Positions 56,449-64,000 of a stretch of 64,000 bases of DNA are shown here, one piece after another. Source of the stretch: Candidatus Latescibacterota bacterium (GTDB lineage Bacteria > Latescibacterota > UBA2968 > UBA8231). The notes under the pieces were generated by a model. The model was not told the DNA's origin and did not search any database. It saw nothing but the letters and a program-made list of their open reading frames with translations. The stretch lies in the NCBI GenBank assembly GCA_965223905.1, contig CBDCXV010000009.1, positions 704,001-768,000 on the forward strand, given 5' to 3'. Numbering within the stretch: the stretch's first letter is position 1; each line of letters begins with the position of its first letter. A program made the translations under genes and the position numbers.

Positions 56449-59400
56449 TCAGGGCCGCCTCCGCCCGGAGAACGGCTCCGCCCTCGCCGCGGCGACGAAG
56501 CTGTCGAAGATCCCCCTGGTATCGTCCATCAGCTGCATCAGCTCCTGCTCCAGGGCGCGGCCGTCGGCGGCCCCCAGGGTCCGGGCCAGCCTTTCCAGCT
56601 CGGGGCCGCCGGGCAGGGCGGTGATCGGGCGGTTGCCCATCATGCGGAACCCCTTCTCCACCTCGCGGAAGCGGTCGTAGGCCGGCAGCAGGACCTGTCC
56701 GTCGTCGCGCCCGATCAGGCCGCTCTCGAGCAGTCGCACCAGCAGCGGCCGGGTGCCGCTCATCGCCAGCCCCGGTGTGGTTTTCCCCTGGGTGATCAGC
56801 AGGATCTGGGCGATGAGCTCGATGTCGGTGATGCCCCCTCGGCCCCGTTTGATGTCGGCGCTTCCCGGTGGCACCGATTCCTTCAGGCGGCCGTGGATGT
56901 CGACGAGGCGCTCGAAGCGGTCGCCGTCGACGGGGTCGCGGAAGAGAAAGCCCCTGATCGCCCGCTGCACCTTCCCGCACAGATCCGGATCGCCGGCCAC
57001 CGGCCGGGAACGGGACAGGGCGAGCCGCTCCCAGTCGATGGCGCGATCCTTCAGGTAGCGCCGGTACCCGGCGAGATCGATGGCTATCGGCGCCCTTCTG
57101 CCCTCGGGCCGCAGGCGCGCGTCGACCTCGTAGGAGAGCTGCTTCAGGGTCTGCATGAAGACCTGGGCGAGCTCGCTGAAGAACTCGTTGTTGTCGACGG
57201 ATCGGCCGGTCTGTCCGGCGGCGCCGTACACGAAGAAGAGGTCGAGGTCGGAGCCGAAGTTGAGCTCGCGGCCTCCGTATTTCCCTGCGGCGAAGCAGGC
57301 GAACCCGACCTCGGCGCCGCGCCGGGACCTCGGCCTTCCGCGCCGCAGGACGCAGCTGCGCCAGGCGTGGCGGAAGGCGATCCGCACCATGCTGTCGGCG
57401 AGGTCGGACAGCTGCAGGAAGGTGTCCTCCGGGGTCGACAGGCCGAGCAGGTCTTCGGCGCCGATGCGCAGCAGCTCGCGGTTGCGGTAGCGGGCGGCGG
57501 TTCCCAGGTCGAGAGCCCTGCCCTCAGGGGCTTCCCCGCCTGCGGACAGCACCGGGGTGACGAGGCGGTCGAGCAGCGCCGGATCGCGCACCACGAGGTC
57601 GGTCAGGTACTGGCTGGCGCCGCAAATGGCGATCAGCATCCTGCGGAACTCGGGGTTGCTCTCGAGGAGCTGCAGGAAGATGCCCGGGGCCCCGTAGGCG
57701 CTGATGACGCTGCGCAGCCGCACCAGGGAATGCAGCGGATCGGGCGAGGCCCCCAAAGCGGCCAGCACTCCCGGGATCGTGGTGCCGAAGTTGCGGCGCG
57801 CCAGCTCCGTCATCATCGGCTCGGAGCTCATCTCCGCCAGCATCTGGCGCGCTTCTTCAGGTGCATCGAAACCGAGGGCCCCGAGCCGCCCCTCGATGGC
57901 CGCGGGATCCGCGGTCAGCCAGTCGAGATCCTCCCCGTCCGCGGCCGGCTCGGCGAAAAAGACGTCGTCGTAGATCGCCCGCACGCGGGTCAGGTGGCCC
58001 TGGATATCGCCGTCGAGGGCGGCGGCGTCGTCGAGATCGAGGGCCGCGGCCAGACCGTTCCGGGCCGCCGGCGAGTCCGGGACCTCGTAGACCGCCCGGT
58101 CCGACTCGATCTGCAGGAGGTTCTCGAGCCGGCGAAAGAAGCGGTAGGCGGCGCGCAGGTCGCGGGCCTCGGACGCCGACAGGGTCGTGGCCGCCCGCAG
58201 TCTCGAAATCGCCTCGAGGGTGTTCGGCGCGCGCGCGCGCCGGTTGGCGCCCCCGCCGATCAGCTGCAGGCACTGGACGACGAACTCGATGTCGCGGATA
58301 CCCCCGGGGCGCAGCTTGATGTTCTCGGGATTGCGCGACCTCTCGACCTTGGCCTCGATGCGCTGCTTGACGTGCCGGATCTCCCGCTGCGGCGCCTCCT
58401 CGAGGCGTCCGGGATAGACGAAGGAAGCCAGCATCTGCTGGAACTGCTTCCACAGGCGGACGGAGCCGCCCGCCCGCCGCGCCTTGATCAGCATCTGCCG
58501 TTCCCACAGCTCCCCCCGGGTCTCGTAGTGGACCCAGTAGCTGCGTATCGAGCGCACCAGGGGCCCGCGCAGGCCGTCGGGCCGCAGGCGCATGTCGACG
58601 CGGTAGAGGCTCCCCTCCCCGGTGACCCGGGTCAGCTCGCGGATCAGGGCCTCGCCGAGGCGGGTGAAGAACTCGTAGTTGTCGATCGGCTGTCTCCCCG
58701 CGGCCGCGGCCGCGCCCTCGCCGTCGTACACGAAGAGGAGGTCGACGTCGGAGCTGAAGTTGAGCTCTTCGCCGCCGTACTTGCCGAGGGCGACGACGCA
58801 GAAGCGGGCGCGCCGGCCGCGGCTGTCGCGGGGAACACCGTAGCGTTCCTCCAGCTGCCGGGTCAGGGTCTCGAGGACGGTCTCGAGAACGAAGTCGGCC
58901 AGCCAGGCCAGCTCGGCCCCGATGCGGGAGACATCCTTGAGGCCGAGGATTTCCGAGGCTCCCAGGCGCAGGAGCTCGCGCCGCTGCGCCCGCCGCAGTT
59001 GCTCGAGACCGGTTCCGTCCGGAGTACCGAGGTCGAAGTCGCGGTGCAGGGAAGCGCTCAGCCGCCTGCGGTCCAGGGAGCGGGTGAGAAACGGGGTTTC
59101 CTCGAGGAGCCAGTGGAGGTACTCGGGATCGCGGACCAGGATGTCGGTCAGCAGGGCGCTGTGCCCCAGGAGGGCGAGCAGGCGGTCGCAGAGGGGCCCG
59201 GAGTCGGCGAGGCGGCGGTAGAGGGCGGAGGGGGCCCCGCCGGCGTGGGCGAAGCGCTCGAAGTGGCGCAGCGCCTGGTCGGGACGGCCGCAGACCGAGG
59301 CGGAGACCAGCACCTCCGGGGGCGGCGCCGAGGATGGTTCTGCGGGGGTTGCGGGGGAACGGCGCCGCGGTTTCCGGGGCGAACTTGCAGGTTCCGCGGC

Positions 59401-59544
59401 CTCGCGGAGCCGGTCGAGGATGCGGCCGGCGAGCTCCGGATCGGTGAAGCCGAGCCGCGCCAGCGGGCCCGCGGCCGCGGCTCCCTTTCCAGCCATGGCC
59501 TTGCGGGCGAGTGCCAGCAGCGGCCCCCGGTCAGCTTCCCGCAT
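56449..59544 (-). CDS. glnE: Bifunctional glutamine synthetase adenylyltransferase/adenylyl-removing enzyme
   Basis: Two nucleotidyltransferase motifs (GKYGGEELNFSSDVDL; GKYGGRELNFGSDLDL), DMRLRPDG, WERQ and NIKLRPGGIRDIEF. Confidence 0.92.
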   Translation of the reverse strand: MREADRGPLLALARKAMAGKGAAAAGPLARLGFTDPELAGRILDRLREAAEPASSPRKPRRRSPATPAEPSSAPPPEVLVSASVCGRPDQALRHFERFAHAGGAPSALYRRLADSGPLCDRLLALLGHSALLTDILVRDPEYLHWLLEETPFLTRSLDRRRLSASLHRDFDLGTPDGTGLEQLRRAQRRELLRLGASEILGLKDVSRIGAELAWLADFVLETVLETLTRQLEERYGVPRDSRGRRARFCVVALGKYGGEELNFSSDVDLLFVYDGEGAAAAAGRQPIDNYEFFTRLGEALIRELTRVTGEGSLYRVDMRLRPDGLRGPLVRSIRSYWVHYETRGELWERQMLIKARRAGGSVRLWKQFQQMLASFVYPGRLEEAPQREIRHVKQRIEAKVERSRNPENIKLRPGGIRDIEFVVQCLQLIGGGANRRARAPNTLEAISRLRAATTLSASEARDLRAAYRFFRRLENLLQIESDRAVYEVPDSPAARNGLAAALDLDDAAALDGDIQGHLTRVRAIYDDVFFAEPAADGEDLDWLTADPAAIEGRLGALGFDAPEEARQMLAEMSSEPMMTELARRNFGTTIPGVLAALGASPDPLHSLVRLRSVISAYGAPGIFLQLLESNPEFRRMLIAICGASQYLTDLVVRDPALLDRLVTPVLSAGGEAPEGRALDLGTAARYRNRELLRIGAEDLLGLSTPEDTFLQLSDLADSMVRIAFRHAWRSCVLRRGRPRSRRGAEVGFACFAAGKYGGRELNFGSDLDLFFVYGAAGQTGRSVDNNEFFSELAQVFMQTLKQLSYEVDARLRPEGRRAPIAIDLAGYRRYLKDRAIDWERLALSRSRPVAGDPDLCGKVQRAIRGFLFRDPVDGDRFERLVDIHGRLKESVPPGSADIKRGRGGITDIELIAQILLITQGKTTPGLAMSGTRPLLVRLLESGLIGRDDGQVLLPAYDRFREVEKGFRMMGNRPITALPGGPELERLARTLGAADGRALEQELMQLMDDTRGIFDSFVAAARAEPFSGRRRP

Positions 59545-59554
59545 GAGGAGTCGC

Positions 59555-59962
<408 letters not shown>

Positions 59963-60034
59963 TTAATTGCCTCGCGTGACACACAATGTAAGAAACCGGC
60001 TCGAACTGCCGGAAATCCGCGGCAACCAGGGGCC

Positions 60035-60613
60035 ATGAACGGCGGCGGCGACGGCTTCTCCCGCGGACTCCTGTCGCGGCTGTTCATCGCCCAGAAAGAG
60101 CGGCCCGGCCACCTGGGGGAGATCGACCTCGAGGCGCTGACCCCGTTCGAGCGCGGGCTGCTGGTCATCGTCGGCCTGGTGACCCAGTTCATCGAGGCGC
60201 ACCAGCTCGAAGCGGTCGATGTCGAGCAGCTCTCCCAGGAGAGGATCGTCCTGGAAGGGGACCAGCCCTGGCTGCAGGCCGCGGCCGGCGACCGGGTCGC
60301 CTCGCGCTCGGTGCTGCTGACCGGCGCCGAGAGCGGCAGGGTGTACGTCCACGGGCAGGCCCTGATTGTCGAGGAACGCCTGCCTCCCGGGCTGCGAGTC
60401 GCCCTCGCCACGCGGCATCTCGGCATCGGCCGCGCCCTGCGCCGGGAGCGGATCGAGCTTTTCGGCGACCTGCTCTGGTGCGGAATGGAGCGGGTCGATC
60501 TTCCGGGCCTGTGCCACGACAGGCCGGTCGTAAGCCGCACCTACCGGTTCGTCACCGCGGGAACGCCCTCGATGTTGATCACCGAGCGCTTCGCACCTCA
60601 CGGAAACAGCTGA
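60035..60613 (+). CDS. Chorismate pyruvate-lyase (UbiC/DUF98)-like protein
   Basis: R.LL...G.VT..IEA, RSVLL, GIGRAL and SRTY...ITERF pattern. Confidence 0.65.
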   Translation: MNGGGDGFSRGLLSRLFIAQKERPGHLGEIDLEALTPFERGLLVIVGLVTQFIEAHQLEAVDVEQLSQERIVLEGDQPWLQAAAGDRVASRSVLLTGAESGRVYVHGQALIVEERLPPGLRVALATRHLGIGRALRRERIELFGDLLWCGMERVDLPGLCHDRPVVSRTYRFVTAGTPSMLITERFAPHGNS

Positions 60614-60626
60614 AGCAGGAGCCGTC

Positions 60627-61877
60627 ATGACACGAGTGTCGCAAAGACTGAAACAGATTGCCGCCTGCGCCGCGGGAGCCTCGGCCCTGCTGGCGCTGCC
60701 CCGGTTGGCGGACCCGTCCCACGGAGAGGACTGGCCCCAGTGGCGGGGACCGAACCGGGACGGGATTTCCCCGGAGACAGGGATCCTGCGAGAGTGGCCG
60801 GCGGAAGGTCCCCCCGTGGTCTGGAGGGAGCCGGGAGGGGAGGGGTTCTCCGGCGTTTCGGTCGCCGGGGACCGCGCCTTCACCATGGTCGCCGCCGGCG
60901 AGGAGGAGTTCGCCCTGTGCCTGGAAGCGGCGACCGGGAAGCAGCTCTGGAAGCGCCGGCTCGACGTGAAGTTCACCGAAGGTAATGGGAACGGACCGCG
61001 CTCGACGCCGACCGTGGAAGGCGACAGGGTGTTCTTCCTGAGCTCGCAGGGAAAGCTGGTGGCGCTGAACGCCGGCAGCGGCGAAAACCTGTGGGCGTCG
61101 AACCTGCGCGAGGTTCTCGACAGCGGCCTCCCGCCCTGGGGATTCGCCGCCTCGCCGCTGATCGAGGAGGAGCTGCTGATCGTCCAGGGGGGCTCCGGAG
61201 GGTCCCATTGCATCGCCGCCTTCGACAAGGGGACGGGCGCGGTGGTCTGGACCTCCCTCGAGGACGGCGGCGACTACTCCTCGCCGATTGCGGTCACCGC
61301 GCGCGGGGCGAGGCAGGTGCTGTCGCTGACCGAGCACGCCCTGGTGTCGCTGGCGCCGGCCAGCGGGGCGCTCAACTGGCGCTACCCGTTCAAGGGGAAC
61401 ATCAACATCGCCACCCCCCTGATGGTGACGCAGGACCAGGTTTTCATCTCCGCGGCCTACGACAAGGGGGCCGCCCTCGTCGAGATGACCGGGGAGCCGG
61501 GCAGGCTCGGCGTCGAGGAGGTCTGGTTCCGCCGGGAGATGAAGAACTGGTTCAGCTCTTCGGTGCTGCACGACGGCCATCTCTACGGTTTCGACAACGC
61601 GATATTCAAGTGCATCTCCGCGACGACCGGGGAGAGGCGCTGGCGCCAGCGCGGCTTGAATCGCGGCTCGCTGATCCTCGCCGACGGACTCCTGATCGTC
61701 CTGGGTGAGGAGGGAAGGCTGGCCCTGGTCGAGGCGGCCCCCGACGCCTATCGCCCCAAGGCAGGGTTCCAGGTGGTGGAGGGGAAGTGCTGGACGGCCC
61801 CGTCGCTGGCGAACGGCCGGCTCTTCCTGCGCAACCAGGAGGAGATCGTCTGCCTCGACCTGTCGGCCGGCGGCTGA
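60627..61877 (+). CDS. PQQ-like beta-propeller repeat protein (BamB-like)
   Basis: Signal; DWPQWRGPNRDG, GPRSTP, ASPL, YSSP and CWTAPSLANGRLFLRN. Confidence 0.88.
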   Translation: MTRVSQRLKQIAACAAGASALLALPRLADPSHGEDWPQWRGPNRDGISPETGILREWPAEGPPVVWREPGGEGFSGVSVAGDRAFTMVAAGEEEFALCLEAATGKQLWKRRLDVKFTEGNGNGPRSTPTVEGDRVFFLSSQGKLVALNAGSGENLWASNLREVLDSGLPPWGFAASPLIEEELLIVQGGSGGSHCIAAFDKGTGAVVWTSLEDGGDYSSPIAVTARGARQVLSLTEHALVSLAPASGALNWRYPFKGNINIATPLMVTQDQVFISAAYDKGAALVEMTGEPGRLGVEEVWFRREMKNWFSSSVLHDGHLYGFDNAIFKCISATTGERRWRQRGLNRGSLILADGLLIVLGEEGRLALVEAAPDAYRPKAGFQVVEGKCWTAPSLANGRLFLRNQEEIVCLDLSAGG

Positions 61878-62020
61878 GGCTGGGTTGCCCCCGGTCGTGC
61901 GCAGCCGCCGCCGATGGAATCCCGCTTGATCGTCGAGCCTGGCAGGGATAGTCTCCCGCGCCCGGGAGCCCCGTGAAGGTCTACCAACCCCGATCCGACC
62001 GGCACCCGGAGGCAGGAACC

Positions 62021-63916
62021 ATGACCCGAATCCAAGCGAATATCCCGTTCATCGAGGCGCCCGAATGGGCCCTGCTCGAGCGCAGCCTCATCGACCTGAT
62101 GGACGACTCGGTCGTCCCCGTGATGGAGCGCTACGTGCGCGGCGACGGCTCGGTGATGTGGCCGACCCGGGAGGATTTCACCGGCATCGACGGCCTCGAC
62201 GACGCCTACGAGAGCTTCCACAACTGGCCGCTCTTCTACCTGATGGGGGGAGGCGACCACCTGCTCGAGTACTCCCACCTCGCCTGGGAGGGGATCACCC
62301 GCCAGTTCAGCCGCTACGGCACCGGGCACGGACACCCGATGGTGGTCAAGGAATACGAGCAGGGGTACGACTGGATGCACCAGGGAGAGGGGTACGCCTT
62401 CTTCTACCACCTCTGCCTCGCGGACCCGGGGAACGAGCGCAACGCCGACAGGGCGAGGCGCTACGCCGGCTTCTACCTCAACGAGGATCCGGAGGCGCTC
62501 AACTACGACCCGGAAAAGAAGCTGATCAAATGCGCTCACAACGGCTCGATGGGGCCGGCGTTCCGCAACTTCGAGAAGCACTACACCGCCTACCGCTACG
62601 CCCAGTGGAAGCCGTGGCCCCTGCCGTTCCACGACCTGCCCGGCATCGACACGGTGGAGGACCTTCAGAATCCGGGCATGGAGGAGCTGATGGGGCGCAC
62701 CCTCGTCGAGCGCATGGGGCGCGGCGACGTCGCCACCAACCTCGGCGCCACCACCCTGGTCGCCAACGCCTACCTGTTCGGCGGCGAGGCCAAGTACCGC
62801 GACTGGGTGGTGGAATACACGGAAAGCTGGATGGAGCGCACCCGGGAGAACGGCGGCATCATCCCCGACAACGTCGGCCTGTCGGGAAAGATCGGCGAGT
62901 ACATCGACGGCAAGTGGTGGGGCGGCTACTACGGCTGGACCTGGCCGCACGGCTGGCACCTGATGGCCGACGCGGTGACCGCGGCGGCCGAGAACGCCGC
63001 GCTGCTCTGCCGCGATCCCGGCTACATGGAGTTCCCGCGCTCGCAGATCGACCTGCTGATGGAGAAGGGGGAGCGGCGCGGCCTCACCATGTACGCCCCC
63101 CATCACTATCACGACAAGGGATGGGACGGGTACTCGCCGATGCATCCGGCGCCGATGACGCACATCTGGCAGATGACGATGAGCGCCGCCGACGCGGAAC
63201 GGCTCTTGCAGCAGCGCAACCACGAGTCGGAGGAATGGTGCCGGATCCGCTCGCACGGCTCCAAGCACGGCGCCGGCCACGAGGCCGCCTGGTTCTCCTG
63301 GCTCAACGGGGAGTACCCCGGGTTTCCGCTCGACATCCTGCGCCACAACCTCGCCCAGGTGCGCCAGCGGCTGGCGTTCATGCGCGACGACCGGAAGGAC
63401 CCGGACACCTACGGCGACTGGTACCTGCAGGTGCGCAATCCCATCACCGTGGAAGGGCTGCTGCAGCTGACCATGGGCGGGCCCCTTTACCTGTACAACG
63501 GCGGACTGCAGGTGGCGCGGCTGCGCTACTTCGACTGCCACCGGCGCCGGCCCGGACTGCCGCGCGACGTCGCCGCCCTGGTCGAACGCCTCGAGGAGGA
63601 CCGCGTCGTCGTGCAGCTGGTGAACCTCAGCGCCACCGAGGAGCGGGAGATGCTGGTGCAGGCCGGGGTCTTCGGCGAGCACCGCTTCACCAGCGCCTCG
63701 TATCAGCAGCGCCGTCTCCTCGGTGCCGAAGAGGCCGCGGCCAGCCAGACGCACGAGGCCCAGTTCCGGGAGGTGGTCGAGGGGCAGCTGGAGGAGCGGA
63801 CGGACGAGGTGAACGACCGGCAGTTCACCGTCGGCCTCGCTCCCGGCGCCTGCATCCGTCTCGACCTGGGGATGGAGCGGTACGCCAGCGAGCCGTCGTA
63901 CTCGCTGCCTTGGTAG
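62021..63916 (+). CDS. Conserved hypothetical protein, probable alpha-helical barrel enzyme
   Basis: Host-like codon use; GGAGG upstream; motifs DDAYESFHNWP, YDWMHQGEG, IPDNVG and WWGGYYGWTWPHG. Confidence 0.75.
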   Translation: MTRIQANIPFIEAPEWALLERSLIDLMDDSVVPVMERYVRGDGSVMWPTREDFTGIDGLDDAYESFHNWPLFYLMGGGDHLLEYSHLAWEGITRQFSRYGTGHGHPMVVKEYEQGYDWMHQGEGYAFFYHLCLADPGNERNADRARRYAGFYLNEDPEALNYDPEKKLIKCAHNGSMGPAFRNFEKHYTAYRYAQWKPWPLPFHDLPGIDTVEDLQNPGMEELMGRTLVERMGRGDVATNLGATTLVANAYLFGGEAKYRDWVVEYTESWMERTRENGGIIPDNVGLSGKIGEYIDGKWWGGYYGWTWPHGWHLMADAVTAAAENAALLCRDPGYMEFPRSQIDLLMEKGERRGLTMYAPHHYHDKGWDGYSPMHPAPMTHIWQMTMSAADAERLLQQRNHESEEWCRIRSHGSKHGAGHEAAWFSWLNGEYPGFPLDILRHNLAQVRQRLAFMRDDRKDPDTYGDWYLQVRNPITVEGLLQLTMGGPLYLYNGGLQVARLRYFDCHRRRPGLPRDVAALVERLEEDRVVVQLVNLSATEEREMLVQAGVFGEHRFTSASYQQRRLLGAEEAAASQTHEAQFREVVEGQLEERTDEVNDRQFTVGLAPGACIRLDLGMERYASEPSYSLPW

Positions 63917-64000
63917 CTGTCAGCAGGGAAGGGGATGCCCCCGACCATGGTGGGCTCGTTCGGACTAGTAGCTGGGATTGGAAGAGAAATTCAGCGGTGA

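Overview
High-GC bacterial chromosome segment. A C-terminal NYPNPFN/FlgD-Ig-type domain, a TonB-receptor/DUF4249-like pair and an LRR-YWTD eukaryote-like protein suggest an FCB-superphylum organism, possibly a host-associated Latescibacterota/Gemmatimonadota-like lineage (inference only). In order, the window holds: nucleotide-sugar genes (partial wecB, UDP-glucuronate decarboxylase); a tripartite RND pump; a xanthine-dehydrogenase-family molybdoenzyme (M-S-L) plus MoaD; a minus-strand ugd-rfbB-dut-TonB receptor-lipoprotein-SLBB operon; a Rieske protein; a two-component pair; class I aldolase; aceE; a 2-hydroxyacid dehydrogenase; a 1171-aa LRR+YWTD protein; a Lol-like ABC operon; a phosphatase; HicAB and an orphan VapC; a CusCBA metal-efflux operon; a decayed defence/TA patch (about 48.2-54.2 kb); a sugar-catabolism pair; glnE-glnB; and three further genes. 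The most notable locus is the cus operon. It opens with a Cys-rich leader ORF whose stop codon is followed directly by a perfect anti-Shine-Dalgarno for cusC, closing a multi-hairpin RNA. It ends with a small protein, missed by the ORF track, that has an in-frame UGA in a UxxC motif followed by a SECIS-like hairpin (candidate selenoprotein). No rRNA, tRNA, CRISPR array, integrase or intact transposase was recognised. All family assignments come from motif recognition, not from database searches.
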